Assembly: GCA_024231215.1 (NCBI GenBank)
Contig: JAAEQR010000142.1
Coordinates: 420,593 to 484,592, forward strand
From: PVC group bacterium
GTDB lineage: Bacteria; Omnitrophota; Gorgyraeia; B26-G9
DNA: 64,000 nucleotides
Direction of reading: 5' to 3'
Shown piece after piece: positions 27,411 to 38,370 of this stretch (within the stretch, counting starts at the first letter, position 1; every line of letters starts with the position of its first letter). The notes beneath the pieces were generated by a model. The model searched no databases, was not told the origin of the DNA, and saw only the letters and a list, made by a program, of their open reading frames with translations. Made by a program: the position numbers and the translations under genes.

Positions 27411-28098
27411 TTCTCTTACCCTCCTTATTATATTTTTTCAACAAATCACTTCTTCTCTTCTTTGTTCTTTTCAATGACTGCTGTTTACGCCATTTCTCGA
27501 TTTTATTATGATTCCCGGACACCAATATCTCGGGTACTTTCATATCTCGATACACACTTGGACGGGTATATTGAGGATATTCTAATAAATCATCGTTAAA
27601 TGATTCCGAATCTAAAGAACCTTCTTCTCCCAATACTCCCGGAACAAGCCGCACAATCGAATCAATAACAACCATTGCCGGCAACTCGCCGCAAGTTAAA
27701 ACATAGTCGCCAATAGATACTTCCCGATGTGCCAAAGTCCGTATCCGTTCGTCATATCCTTCATAATGACCACAAATAAACAATAGATGTCGATACTTTA
27801 AAAGCTTTGTTGCTAGTTTTTGATCAAGTTTTTCTCCCTGAGGAGTAAGTAATATAACATGCGTATTTTTTTTACAAAGATCGTCACAAGCTTCAAATAC
27901 CGGTTCCGGTTTTATCACCATTCCCGGCCCACCGCCATACGGCTTATCATCTACAGTCCGACGCTTATCATGTGTCCAATCGCGCAGGTTATAGAGATTT
28001 ATATCTACTTTCTTCTTTTCCTGAGCTCGTTTTAAAATAGAGTCTCCAATAACTCCTTCAAACATATTCGGGAAAAGTGTTAAAACATCAATCTGCAC
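27403..28098 (-). CDS. trmD: tRNA (guanine37-N1)-methyltransferase
   Basis: 231 aa. [20 protein letters not shown]-fold motifs. Confidence 0.9.
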   Translation of the reverse strand: MQIDVLTLFPNMFEGVIGDSILKRAQEKKKVDINLYNLRDWTHDKRRTVDDKPYGGGPGMVIKPEPVFEACDDLCKKNTHVILLTPQGEKLDQKLATKLLKYRHLLFICGHYEGYDERIRTLAHREVSIGDYVLTCGELPAMVVIDSIVRLVPGVLGEEGSLDSESFNDDLLEYPQYTRPSVYRDMKVPEILVSGNHNKIEKWRKQQSLKRTKKRRSDLLKKYNKEGKRSE

Positions 28099-28427
28099 TA
28101 TTTTTTGTCCGCACTTTTTCTGCGTTTCAAAATATTTTCCAGGCTTTTTTCCGCATCCAGCCCTTCTAGAGTATCTGCAAAGTTCTCCTTAACCAGAGTA
28201 TAATAGTGAATCGCTGTCTCATAATCATCAACATCTTCTGCTAATTCAGCAGCATGCACCCATGATTCAAGAGAATGCTTTTCTTTTGTCGTCAAAATCG
28301 TCTGTTGTTTTGAACTCTCCACACTTGTCTCGGGTTTAATATTTCGTTGCTTTGCTTGGGCAGTAGAATTCATTCCTACTACTATACACATTACCATCAC
28401 CAGTAACATTATTCTGCGCATTAACAT
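28098..28427 (-). CDS. Small secreted hypothetical protein (signal peptide; occupies the slot normally held by rimM/KH-domain genes)
   Basis: 109 aa. MLMRRIMLLVMVMCIVVGMNSTAQA signal peptide. Translationally coupled (ATGA-type overlaps) to rpsP and trmD. Confidence 0.45.
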   Translation of the reverse strand: MLMRRIMLLVMVMCIVVGMNSTAQAKQRNIKPETSVESSKQQTILTTKEKHSLESWVHAAELAEDVDDYETAIHYYTLVKENFADTLEGLDAEKSLENILKRRKSADKK

Positions 28428-28711
28428 TACTTATCTCCCTGTTTTTTCTTCTTCCCTTGTTTCTTTTTAAACGATATATCTTTATTTTTAAATATCCTTT
28501 TTACCGTCTCAGTCGGCTGAGCACCTTCACTTAGCCAATACATAGCTCTTTCAATTTTCACGTCAACAAACACCGGATCTTTTGATGGATCATAATAACC
28601 GATCTCTTCAATAAATCTTCCGTCGCGAGGTCTACGCTTGTCAGTAACAACAATCTTATGATGCGGTTTTCTTTTTGACCCTAATCTTGATAAACGAATA
28701 ACAACTGCCAC
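28427..28711 (-). CDS. rpsP: 30S ribosomal protein S16
   Basis: 94 aa. MAVVIRLSRLGSKRKPHHKIVV matches S16. Confidence 0.9.
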   Translation of the reverse strand: MAVVIRLSRLGSKRKPHHKIVVTDKRRPRDGRFIEEIGYYDPSKDPVFVDVKIERAMYWLSEGAQPTETVKRIFKNKDISFKKKQGKKKKQGDK

Positions 28712-28724
28712 TCTCTCACCTCCT

Positions 28725-30005
28725 CTATTCTTTCACCCTCTTTATTCTCGCGCCCACTTTAATAAGTTTCTCTTCTATCTGTTCATATCCCCTATCCAGG
28801 TGATATATACGCGAAATTTCTGTTTTTCCTTTTGCCACCAACCCGGCTAAAATAAGCGCCGCAGATGCACGCAAATCTGAAGCCATTACCGGAGCACCAC
28901 TTAAGCGTTTGCCACCTTTTACAATCGCACTAGCGCCTTCTAAAAAGATCTCCGCTCCCATTCGATTCAATTCACTCACATGCATAAACCGATCCGGAAA
29001 TATCTTTTCTGTAAGCACACTAATTCCATCTGTAACTGTAACCAAAGCCATCATCTGCGCCTGCATATCCGTAGGAAATCCCGGATATGGCAAAGTTGTA
29101 ATATCAACCGGCTTTAAATTCGAAGATCTTCTTTTCACATGAATATCTCCGCTATTTGCCTTCACACTTACACCAGCTTGAGTCAGCTTATCGATCAACG
29201 CAGAAAGATGTTCTATCTTAGCCTTTTTTATAACCAGATCACCTCCGGTTATCGCCGCAGCCAAAACATGCGTCCCCGCCTCAATTCGGTCGGGAATAAT
29301 GCTATGTGTTGCACCTCCCAGTTTTTTCACGCCTTCAATTTCTATAATTGGCGTTCCCTGACCTTGTATTTTTGCCCCCATCTTGATCAGGAAATTAGCT
29401 AAATCAATAATTTCCGGTTCACAAGCAGCATTCTCAATCAAAGATCGTCCTTTTGCCATCACCGCAGCCATCATTACATTTGCTGTAGCCAAGACTGAAG
29501 AGCCATAGGCTCCTCCTAAAAATATATTACTGCCCCTTAATTCTTTCACCTTGGCAACAATATATCCATGCTCTATTTTTATCTGTGCACCTAAAGCCCG
29601 CAAGCCTTTAATATGCAAATCCACCGGTCTCTGCCCGATAATACAACCCCCCGGCATCGAAACCCGTGCCTGCCTCTGCTTTGCCAAAAGCGGCCCCAAA
29701 ACACAAATCGAAGCACGCATCGTACTTACCAGCTTATATGCAGCAACGTTCTGCTTTATCTGAGAAGGCCCGACAACAACACGATTACCAGTCATTTGAA
29801 CCTTAATTCCCAGACTCCGCAATATTTTCAGCATTGTTCCTACATCCCGCAAAACAGGAACATTTTTAATAATACATTTTTCATTGGTCAGTAATGTCGC
29901 TGCTAATATCGGCAACGCCGCATTTTTAGCTCCACTAACCTCTATTGCTCCTTTTAAAGGAACACCACCTTCTATAATTATTTTATCCATGGACCTTTCT
30001 CGCAC
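28725..30005 (-). CDS. murA: UDP-N-acetylglucosamine 1-carboxyvinyltransferase
   Basis: EPT family. Likely start MDKIIIEGG at 29990. Overlaps prmC by about 20 nt. Confidence 0.9.
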   Translation of the reverse strand: MRERSMDKIIIEGGVPLKGAIEVSGAKNAALPILAATLLTNEKCIIKNVPVLRDVGTMLKILRSLGIKVQMTGNRVVVGPSQIKQNVAAYKLVSTMRASICVLGPLLAKQRQARVSMPGGCIIGQRPVDLHIKGLRALGAQIKIEHGYIVAKVKELRGSNIFLGGAYGSSVLATANVMMAAVMAKGRSLIENAACEPEIIDLANFLIKMGAKIQGQGTPIIEIEGVKKLGGATHSIIPDRIEAGTHVLAAAITGGDLVIKKAKIEHLSALIDKLTQAGVSVKANSGDIHVKRRSSNLKPVDITTLPYPGFPTDMQAQMMALVTVTDGISVLTEKIFPDRFMHVSELNRMGAEIFLEGASAIVKGGKRLSGAPVMASDLRASAALILAGLVAKGKTEISRIYHLDRGYEQIEEKLIKVGARIKRVKE

Positions 30006-30897
30006 TCACAAATCGAGATATCCCATTCAAGTCGGAAAACAATTCCAGACATTCAAAAACACGATTATGCTGCACTAATTCACCTATTTGTGCTGACTGC
30101 TTGTCCCCGCATTCAAAAGCAATAAATCCGGACGGACGCAAGTACACCGCACAACCGGCAAGTATACTTCTATAAAACATAAGTCCGTCATCTCCACCAT
30201 CTAATGCATTGCGCGGTTCACAACAAACTTCCGGCGGCAAATCAGAACATTCCTGACGAACAATATAAGGTGGATTTGCTATAATTATATCAAATGTCTC
30301 TGCAGGTATCCCTGTTTCATTAATCTTAAGCGCTGAAAATAAATCGCCTTGCAAAAAACAAATTCTCTGAGCAACTCCCTGATTTTCTGCATTATCGCGG
30401 GCTGTTTCCAAAGCATATCTATTAATATCAGTGGCTACTATTGTACAGTCGGCCAGATTTTTTGTCAATGCAACCGCAATATTACCGCTGCCAGTACATA
30501 ATTCCAGGATTCGTACCGGCCTTGAAAAATTTTCATTTATTATATTAATAACCCTTTCGACCAACATTTCAGTTTCCGGTCGCGGGATAAAAACACCCTC
30601 GTCTATCGCCAATTTCAACCCGTAAAAATAAGTTTCTTTTGTCAGGTATTGCAACGGAGTTCGCAAACATCTTTTTGTTACAAAGTCCTTAAAAGATTCA
30701 GCTATCTCCGCAGAAATAATATGTTCTCTGTCCGTATATAACTCTCCCCTAGAGCAATCAAGCAAAAAACTCAGCAGTAATTCAGCTTCCTGTCGTGAAG
30801 ATACAATACCGGAATCTGAAAAACACTTACCCGCCCAATTTATCAGATCTAATATATTAGATCTTCTCTTCTCTAATACCGGCATCATAGACTTCAT
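29983..30897 (-). CDS. prmC: Release factor glutamine N5-methyltransferase
   Basis: 304 aa. NPPY motif and LELCTGSG SAM-binding motif. Confidence 0.85.
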   Translation of the reverse strand: MKSMMPVLEKRRSNILDLINWAGKCFSDSGIVSSRQEAELLLSFLLDCSRGELYTDREHIISAEIAESFKDFVTKRCLRTPLQYLTKETYFYGLKLAIDEGVFIPRPETEMLVERVINIINENFSRPVRILELCTGSGNIAVALTKNLADCTIVATDINRYALETARDNAENQGVAQRICFLQGDLFSALKINETGIPAETFDIIIANPPYIVRQECSDLPPEVCCEPRNALDGGDDGLMFYRSILAGCAVYLRPSGFIAFECGDKQSAQIGELVQHNRVFECLELFSDLNGISRFVSARKVHG

Positions 30898-31982
30898 CAG
30901 CTACTCTCCAACTTAAGCTTACGTTCTGCCTGCTGCAACGCGATAACAACTTCTTCTAAATCACCTTCTAAAATCTGCTCTATCTTATACAGCGTAAGTT
31001 TAATTCTGTGATCCGTAACTCTTCCGTCTGGAAAGTTATATGTCCTTATCTTTTCACTTCTGTCTCCAGAACCTATCTGCGTCCGACGCTGCTGAGTAAT
31101 CTTTGACTCATGTTCTCTCCGCGCCACGTCCAACAACCTGGCACGTAATACCTTTATTGCCTTAGCTTTATTTTTAATCTGAGAACGTTCATCCTGACAC
31201 GTCACCACAATACCTGTAGGCAAATGGGTCAAGCGCACCGCAGAATCAGTAGTATTAACACTCTGACCACCGGCACCTTGAGACCGATATACATCCACCT
31301 TTAAATCCTGTGTATTAATTTCAAGATCCACATCTTCGGCTTCAGGCAAAACCGCGACACTCACTGCAGAAGTATGTATTCTTCCTGAGGCTTCTGTAGC
31401 TGGAACTCTCTGCACACGGTGCACTCCGCTCTCATACTTAAACTTCCGATAAACACCCTGTCCTTCTACAGAAAATATTATTTCCTTAAATCCTCCGATT
31501 TGAGTAGGATTTGAATTTAATAATTCAACCTTGAACCCACTAACTACCGCGTATTTTGTATACATCCGATAAAGGTCTCCGGCAAAAAGAGCAGCTTCTT
31601 CACCTCCGGTACCCGCTCGAATTTCAACAATTATATCCTTATCAGCATCCGAATCTTCTACAACCAAGTATTCTTCAAGTACCAACAAAAGTGCCTGTTT
31701 TTTTTCTTGTAATTGTAAAAGCTCCTCTTGCACTAACTCCAAAAATTCTTTATCTTCTTTGCCATCTTTGACAATTACTTGCAAGCGAGCTAATTCCTCT
31801 TCTGTATTACGATACTCTCTATACTTCTCTACCTTCTCGCGAAGACGAGCTCTTTCCTTTGCAAGCTTCTGATACTGGGAAGCATCCTGAATGATTTCCG
31901 GATCAACCATACGAGTTTCCAGTTCCTGAAAACGAGCTTCAAACTCTTCAAATTTTTTCAAGAAAAGCTGCTTATTTTGCAT
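30897..31982 (-). CDS. prfA: Peptide chain release factor 1
   Basis: 361 aa. GGQ motif ([10 protein letters not shown]) and PxT-type recognition region. Confidence 0.9.
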   Translation of the reverse strand: MQNKQLFLKKFEEFEARFQELETRMVDPEIIQDASQYQKLAKERARLREKVEKYREYRNTEEELARLQVIVKDGKEDKEFLELVQEELLQLQEKKQALLLVLEEYLVVEDSDADKDIIVEIRAGTGGEEAALFAGDLYRMYTKYAVVSGFKVELLNSNPTQIGGFKEIIFSVEGQGVYRKFKYESGVHRVQRVPATEASGRIHTSAVSVAVLPEAEDVDLEINTQDLKVDVYRSQGAGGQSVNTTDSAVRLTHLPTGIVVTCQDERSQIKNKAKAIKVLRARLLDVARREHESKITQQRRTQIGSGDRSEKIRTYNFPDGRVTDHRIKLTLYKIEQILEGDLEEVVIALQQAERKLKLESS

Positions 31983-32169
31983 ATCTCTTCTTAAATCTTT
32001 CCACTCGACCGGCAGTATCCATAATCTTCTGTTTACCAGTATAGAAAGGATGACATTTACTGCAAATTTCGATACGAATACTCTGCCTCGTGCTACATAC
32101 CTGAATCACCTCTCCACACGCACAGGTTATCGTCGTCGGTTTATATTCCGGATGAATTTTCTGCTTCAT
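31972..32169 (-). CDS. rpmE: 50S ribosomal protein L31
   Basis: 65 aa. MKQKIHPEY...CxxC...[12 protein letters not shown] matches L31. Confidence 0.85.
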   Translation of the reverse strand: MKQKIHPEYKPTTITCACGEVIQVCSTRQSIRIEICSKCHPFYTGKQKIMDTAGRVERFKKRYAK

Positions 32170-32220
32170 TGTTCCTACCCTCCTTACATTATTTTCAAAA
32201 GCTTTTATTATACCACATTA

Positions 32221-33609
32221 TTATCTTCCGTCAATAGCCAGCGACATTAAAAATTCCGCATTGGTGTTTACCTTCTTTAGCTTTGCAATCAACAGTTCCA
32301 TAGCTTCTACACTGCTTAATTCATTCAGTGCTTTACGCAAAATCCAAATACGCTTTAATTCTTCCGGATCAAGCAAAAGTTCTTCCTTCCTGGTATTTGA
32401 ACGTTTTATATCGATCGCCGGATAAATTCTCCTTTGGAAAAGATTACGATCCAGCTGTAGCTCCATATTACCTGTCCCCTTAAATTCTTCAAAAATAACT
32501 TCATCCATTCTACTGCCGGTATCCACCAAAGCAGTCGCCAGAATGGTTAAAGATCCACCTTCTTCAATACTCCGGGCTGCCCCAAAAAAGCGTTTCGGTT
32601 TCTGCAAAGCAGTAGAATCAACACCACCGGACAATATTTTACCGGAATGCGGCACCACCGTATTATGTGCTCTGGCCAACCTGGTAATACTATCCAGCAA
32701 AATAACTACGTCCCTACCACATTCTACCAGACGTTTTGCTTTTTCCAGCACAATTTCCGCAACCTGTACGTGTCTCTCCGGCGGCTCGTCAAACGTAGAA
32801 CTAATAACCTCTCCCTTTACCGAACGCTGCATATCCGTAACTTCTTCCGGACGTTCATCAATCAAAAGAACAATCAAAATAACATCCTCGTTATTACTGG
32901 TAATACTATTAGCTATTTTCTGCAAAAGCACTGTTTTTCCACTATATGGCGGAGCCACAATAAGTCCACGCTGCCCCTTACCAATCGGAGTCAATATATC
33001 CATAATCCGCATCGAAACTTCTTCCGCATTTGCTTCTAATAAAAACCTCTTATTAGGATACAACGGCGTAAGGTTATCAAATAAAATTTTATCTTTAGCC
33101 TTTTCAGGTGCTTCAAAATTAACCGCTTCCACTTTCAATAGGGCAAAATATCTTTCTCCCTCTTTCGGAGGACGGATCTGACCGCTTACCGTATCTCCGG
33201 TCCTTAAATCAAACTTTCTGATTTGACTTGGGGAAATATAGATATCATCCGGACAAGGCAGATAATTGTAATTCGGACTGCGCAAAAAACCAAACCCGTC
33301 TGGAAGAACTTCTAAAATACCTTCTCCGAACATATTTCCTTGTTTTTCAGCCTGAGCCTGTAAAATCTTAAATATCAGGTCTGTCTTACGCGCGCCGCTG
33401 ATACCTTCGACTTTAAACTCGCGGGCAATTTTATGCAACCCAGCTACACTCATTTTTTTTAAGGCGCCAAGATCCAGACCATCATGTGCCTTTACCACCC
33501 GCGCCTCTTGCCTTGCCGCAGGCGGCCTATCGTTGTGATGTCTCTGTCTACTGTTTTTTGCATTGTTATTATTTTTTACATATCTTTTTTTCTCTGGTCT
33601 CTGTAACAT
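32221..33609 (-). CDS. rho: Transcription termination factor Rho (with an Asn/Arg-rich N-terminal extension)
   Basis: 462 aa. Rho N-terminal domain, cold-shock-like RNA-binding domain, RecA-like ATPase (GKTVLLQ). Confidence 0.9.
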   Translation of the reverse strand: MLQRPEKKRYVKNNNNAKNSRQRHHNDRPPAARQEARVVKAHDGLDLGALKKMSVAGLHKIAREFKVEGISGARKTDLIFKILQAQAEKQGNMFGEGILEVLPDGFGFLRSPNYNYLPCPDDIYISPSQIRKFDLRTGDTVSGQIRPPKEGERYFALLKVEAVNFEAPEKAKDKILFDNLTPLYPNKRFLLEANAEEVSMRIMDILTPIGKGQRGLIVAPPYSGKTVLLQKIANSITSNNEDVILIVLLIDERPEEVTDMQRSVKGEVISSTFDEPPERHVQVAEIVLEKAKRLVECGRDVVILLDSITRLARAHNTVVPHSGKILSGGVDSTALQKPKRFFGAARSIEEGGSLTILATALVDTGSRMDEVIFEEFKGTGNMELQLDRNLFQRRIYPAIDIKRSNTRKEELLLDPEELKRIWILRKALNELSSVEAMELLIAKLKKVNTNAEFLMSLAIDGR

Positions 33610-33649
33610 AAAAACCTCTCATTGTTGTCCCTTCAATAAAAAGGGCTGC

Positions 33650-34252
33650 TCAGACACGTAGTTTCGATTCCTTCCAAATTTTCTTTACCTGAGCTTTTGT
33701 TTGTGTTAAATTTCCACGGTTATCAACAACATAGTCCGCATATTTTATTTTTTTATTTAAAGGCAGTTGAAATCCCATCCTTTGCTTTGCCTGCTCAACA
33801 GAGATTTTCTTCGAACCAAAAGCTCTTTCTATCTGCTGCTGAGGTGTTGACTTTACGATCAAGACACTATCCATATTTTGATAGAGCCCGGACTCGACAA
33901 GCAATGCTGCATCAACTACCGATATTTTTATCGCATCGGTTTTACTGTATTCATAAAGCTTTTTGTTGATATATTTCAATACCCAAGGATGAACAATATC
34001 ACACAATTTCTGCTGATTTTTTTTATTTTTAAAAGCAACTTTAGCTAATTTTTTCCTATTTATAGAACTATCCGGATTAAGAATTAATTCACCAAATGCT
34101 TTGATCACCCTACGGTAACATAGCGAATTTTTATAAATAGCACGATGCGCTATCCTGTCTGCATCCAACACACGCGCTCCCAGCTCTTTAAACATTTTTG
34201 CTACTGTAGTCTTGCCGCTGGATAAGCCTCCGGTAATTCCTAGTTTTATCAT
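33650..34252 (-). CDS. coaE: Dephospho-CoA kinase
   Basis: 200 aa. MIKLGITGGLSSGKTTV P-loop. Confidence 0.85.
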   Translation of the reverse strand: MIKLGITGGLSSGKTTVAKMFKELGARVLDADRIAHRAIYKNSLCYRRVIKAFGELILNPDSSINRKKLAKVAFKNKKNQQKLCDIVHPWVLKYINKKLYEYSKTDAIKISVVDAALLVESGLYQNMDSVLIVKSTPQQQIERAFGSKKISVEQAKQRMGFQLPLNKKIKYADYVVDNRGNLTQTKAQVKKIWKESKLRV

Positions 34253-34257
34253 CTTCT

Positions 34258-35676
34258 TTAAACTACCACTTTTTGTTTAGTAACCTCTTCATACAATTTA
34301 AAATATTTCTTGGCCGACTGTCCCCAGGAAAAATCTTCCTGCATTGACTTTACCACCAAATTCTTCCAAACCGCAGAGTCCTTATATACCCCTAAAGCAC
34401 GTTCTATTGTTTGCAGCAAATCTTTTGATTTGTATCCACTAAAGACAAATCCGTTACCGTCTCCTGTTTTAAGATTATAATCAACTACTGTATCTGCCAA
34501 ACCGCCGGTCTTACGTACAAGCGGAATTGTCCCGAATGAAAAACTGATCAACTGCCCTAACCCGCAAGGTTCATAATAAGAAGGCATGACAAACATATCT
34601 GAAGCCGCATAAATCTTATATGCCAAAGCAGCATCAAAGGTTAAATTGATCGATGTGTTTTTGTACTTTTTCTGCACCTGGGCAAAAATCTCGTGATATT
34701 TCGGGTCTCCGGTTCCCAACAGAATAAACTGCAAAGGCAGCTGGCAAATCCGATCAATTACCTCCGCAAAAATATCCAGTCCTTTTTGATCTGCTAAACG
34801 AGTAATCATGCCCAAAAGCGGCACATCTTTTTCTATTGGTAGATTTTTGTTCTTTTGCAACTCTGCTTTAATTGCATATTTACCGTCTAAATTTTCATCG
34901 TTATAATGGGTATTCAGATGCTTATTAGTCTTAGGATTCCACTCTTCATAATTAATACCATTTAAAATCCCGAGCAAGTCAGTCTTTCTGTTTTGTAAAA
35001 TACCTTCTAATCCACAACCGAATTCCTTAGTCTGTATTTCCTGTGCATAAGTCTGACTTACTGTTGTAATCTTATCAGAAAACAAAAGCCCGCCTTTTAA
35101 CAAATTCGTCTTCCCATAAAATTCCAGTCCATCAACAGAAAAAACACTTTCGTCCAACCCTGTCTGAGGGAATTCTTCTTCTGTAAACAAACCCTGATAT
35201 CCCAAATTATGGATCGTAAATACTGTCTTAATGTCCTTATAAAACGGATCTTTTTTATATATCGTTTTTAAATAAACCGGGATCAGTGCAGTTTGCCAAT
35301 CGTTACAGTGAATCAGGTCCGGTTTAAAATCAATTTTTTTTAATAATTTTAAGGTCTGTGTACAATAATAAGTAAACCGTTCCAGATTATCAGGATAATC
35401 CTCACCTTTATCCTGATACAATCCATCCCGCGCAAAATACTTCTGACTTTCTATAAAATAAACGTCTACAGAATCGGATAATTTTGCCACCGAAGTTTCT
35501 GCATCCAATTTTTCTAATTTAAATTTTTCCGTATCAATACATTTATATTTCGGCAACACTACCTTTATTTCCACACCTAACTTCGCTAATTCCGGAGGCA
35601 ATGTTCCGGCAACATCTGCCAATCCTCCTGTCTTTGCAAACGGTACAACTTCTGAAGAACAAAATAATATTTTCAT
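34258..35676 (-). CDS. glgA: Glycogen (starch) synthase
   Basis: 472 aa. MKILFCSSEVVPFAKTGGLADV; GT-B fold with the KTGGL motif. Confidence 0.85.
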   Translation of the reverse strand: MKILFCSSEVVPFAKTGGLADVAGTLPPELAKLGVEIKVVLPKYKCIDTEKFKLEKLDAETSVAKLSDSVDVYFIESQKYFARDGLYQDKGEDYPDNLERFTYYCTQTLKLLKKIDFKPDLIHCNDWQTALIPVYLKTIYKKDPFYKDIKTVFTIHNLGYQGLFTEEEFPQTGLDESVFSVDGLEFYGKTNLLKGGLLFSDKITTVSQTYAQEIQTKEFGCGLEGILQNRKTDLLGILNGINYEEWNPKTNKHLNTHYNDENLDGKYAIKAELQKNKNLPIEKDVPLLGMITRLADQKGLDIFAEVIDRICQLPLQFILLGTGDPKYHEIFAQVQKKYKNTSINLTFDAALAYKIYAASDMFVMPSYYEPCGLGQLISFSFGTIPLVRKTGGLADTVVDYNLKTGDGNGFVFSGYKSKDLLQTIERALGVYKDSAVWKNLVVKSMQEDFSWGQSAKKYFKLYEEVTKQKVVV

Positions 35677-35677
35677 C

Positions 35678-38269
35678 CTAGCCCCTTTCCCCCTCGATTA
35701 ATTCCATATCTTTCCAGTTCTGCCCTACTTTTAAACTAACTTTTATCGGAACATCTAATCGCAATACATTTTCCATTATATCCTTAACTATTCTCTTAAC
35801 CATCTCCATCTCATCTTTTGGCACTTCAAATACAAGTTCATCATGAACCTGCAGTAACATCACACTTTTTAGTTTCTTTGCCTTGAAGACACGATAGACT
35901 TCAACCATTGCCGCTTTAATTAAATCCGCAGCTGTTCCCTGTATTGGAGTGTTCATTGCCGTACGTTCGGCAAAACTACGCTGCATAGCAAGTTTTGATG
36001 TTATCTGCGGCATATAACGACGCCTATTAAGCAATGTCGTAACATACCCTTTATCCCGCGCATGATCAATCTGTTCCTGCATATATGTTTTTACTAACGG
36101 ATACCGGTTAAAATACTCCGATATAAACTTTTTTGCTTCATCATGAGATACCCCGATATCTTTGGCCAGGCCAAAAGCGCCCATACCATAAACAATACCA
36201 AAGTTAACCCGTTTCGCGATATCACGCATTTTTTTTGTTACGGTATTTTCTTCTACGCCAAAAATCAAAGAAGCGGTAAACGCGTGTATATCCAAATCCT
36301 GCTTGAACGCCTCAATTAGATGTTTATCTTTTGAAAGATGAGCTAAAACACGTAATTCAATCTGTGAATAATCCGCTGCTAAAAGCTGTCGTCCGGAACA
36401 TGCGACAAATACAGCACGAATCTGTCTTCCACTCTCAGTTTTTATCGGTATATTCTGTAAATTCGGAGCACTTGAACTCAATCGTCCGGTTGTAGTTACT
36501 GTCTGATTAAAGGACGTATACACTCTCTTTGTCTGTTTATCAATCAACGCAAGCATTCCATCTATATAGGTTGATTTTAACTTTGTTAATTCCCGGTATT
36601 CCAGAAGAACTGCCGGCAAAGCATGCTGATTTGCTAAAGTCAGCAAAACATCTGCGTCCGTTGAAGGTCCGGTTTTACCTTTTTTTATAACCGGCAACTG
36701 TAATTTTTCAAAAAGCACTTCTCTTAATTGCTTTGTAGAATTTATATTAAATTCACAGCCGCTTATCTTATAAATTTTTTCAATCAACGCTGTTAATTTT
36801 TTATCTATTTTACTCCCCGTAGCCAGTAATAACTTCTCATCTACTTCTATCCCTGCCTGCTGCATAGAAGCAAGCACTCTGACCAAAGGCATTTCCACAT
36901 CAAAAAATAATTCACCTAACCAGTTGTCATTAATTAGCTTGGCTGTTTCATCCTTGATACACATCTGTTCAATTGCCTGAACATCTTTATTTATATTTCT
37001 ATTTAAAAATACTCTTGCAACCTCTTCTATACTTAGTGTTCCTAGATTCGGTTCAAGTAAATACGCAGCAACCATAACATCAAAAAACGGACCGTTTAAA
37101 TATATGCCATGCTGCCCAAGCATGAGACAGACTGTTTTTAAATCATAGCCAATTGTAAGCATATTCTGATCGCTAAAAAATCCGGATAATTCCTTTTTAA
37201 TTGTTTCTAAAGTAATCTTCGAGCCAATCTTAATCCGATACATTCTTGTTTGGTCTTGGGCGATATCAATACAGCAAATACCATTAACTACTTCGGAATC
37301 CGGCCCAATGCATATAGAGCATTCCTTTAACTTCTTTAGTTTCCGCCCTAAGCGTTTCAAAGCCTCAGGTGTTTCAATTATATCTATTGATATTTCAGCC
37401 GAAACTACCGGAGGTTTATTTGATAGCCCTTTTAATAAATTTCTAAACTCTAAATCCTGAAAAATCCGGATTAGTGTTTCTGTATCTTGATCTTGCACTT
37501 TTAATTCGTCCAAAGCATCAACAATATCAACATCTGTAATTAACGTAGCTAATTCTCTACTAAGCCGAGCTTGCTCCTCAAAATCAGTAAGCGATTCTCT
37601 TCTTTTTTTCTGGGTAATCTGGTCTAAATTTTTAAATACACCTTCAAAACTTCCAAATTTCCCAATTAAATCAACCGCTGTTTTCATTCCTATCCCTGGC
37701 ACTCCCGGAATATTATCAGCACTATCACCGGCTAAAGCAAGGAGATCTATTATTTGGCAGGGAGTAACTGAAAAACGCTCAAACACTCGTTTTTCATCTA
37801 TAACCGCGTCATCTTTTTGCGGATTATAAATTTTAACATCTTTATCAACCAGCTGCATCATATCTTTATCCCCGGTAACAATATAGACATCAACCTCTTG
37901 CTTAAATCGCATAACCAGACTGGCAATGAGATCATCTGCCTCATATCCTTCTATTTCAAAGATCGGAATCCCGTACGCGGAAATAACTTCTTTTATTAAA
38001 CCCATTTGGCTTATCAAATCATCCGGCATCGGCTTACGCTGTGCCTTATAATCCTCAAATTTCTCATGTCTATGAGTAGGCCCCTTTAAATCAAAGCATA
38101 TAGCCAGATAATCAGGCTTCACCGTGCTTTTAAGCTTATTCAGCATATTAATAAAACCATAGACAGCACCTGATGGCCTGCCATCAGATGTCGTTAATCC
38201 GCTGACCGCGTAATAAGCGCGATAACAATAGGAATTTCCATCGACAATGTATAGATTTTTTCTTTGCAT
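35678..38269 (-). CDS. polA: DNA polymerase I
   Basis: 863 aa. 5'-3' exonuclease N-terminus (LYIVDGNSYCYRAYYA). Pol motifs A/B/C including HDELVFEV. Confidence 0.9.
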   Translation of the reverse strand: MQRKNLYIVDGNSYCYRAYYAVSGLTTSDGRPSGAVYGFINMLNKLKSTVKPDYLAICFDLKGPTHRHEKFEDYKAQRKPMPDDLISQMGLIKEVISAYGIPIFEIEGYEADDLIASLVMRFKQEVDVYIVTGDKDMMQLVDKDVKIYNPQKDDAVIDEKRVFERFSVTPCQIIDLLALAGDSADNIPGVPGIGMKTAVDLIGKFGSFEGVFKNLDQITQKKRRESLTDFEEQARLSRELATLITDVDIVDALDELKVQDQDTETLIRIFQDLEFRNLLKGLSNKPPVVSAEISIDIIETPEALKRLGRKLKKLKECSICIGPDSEVVNGICCIDIAQDQTRMYRIKIGSKITLETIKKELSGFFSDQNMLTIGYDLKTVCLMLGQHGIYLNGPFFDVMVAAYLLEPNLGTLSIEEVARVFLNRNINKDVQAIEQMCIKDETAKLINDNWLGELFFDVEMPLVRVLASMQQAGIEVDEKLLLATGSKIDKKLTALIEKIYKISGCEFNINSTKQLREVLFEKLQLPVIKKGKTGPSTDADVLLTLANQHALPAVLLEYRELTKLKSTYIDGMLALIDKQTKRVYTSFNQTVTTTGRLSSSAPNLQNIPIKTESGRQIRAVFVACSGRQLLAADYSQIELRVLAHLSKDKHLIEAFKQDLDIHAFTASLIFGVEENTVTKKMRDIAKRVNFGIVYGMGAFGLAKDIGVSHDEAKKFISEYFNRYPLVKTYMQEQIDHARDKGYVTTLLNRRRYMPQITSKLAMQRSFAERTAMNTPIQGTAADLIKAAMVEVYRVFKAKKLKSVMLLQVHDELVFEVPKDEMEMVKRIVKDIMENVLRLDVPIKVSLKVGQNWKDMELIEGERG

Positions 38270-38370
38270 TAATTAGGGAATTTTGGTCTCTTCATACCTT
38301 AATAAGAGGATTATTGTTTAGCGGCGTGAGCCCCCCAACTGCTCAAATCAGTTACTTATACTAGTACCAG

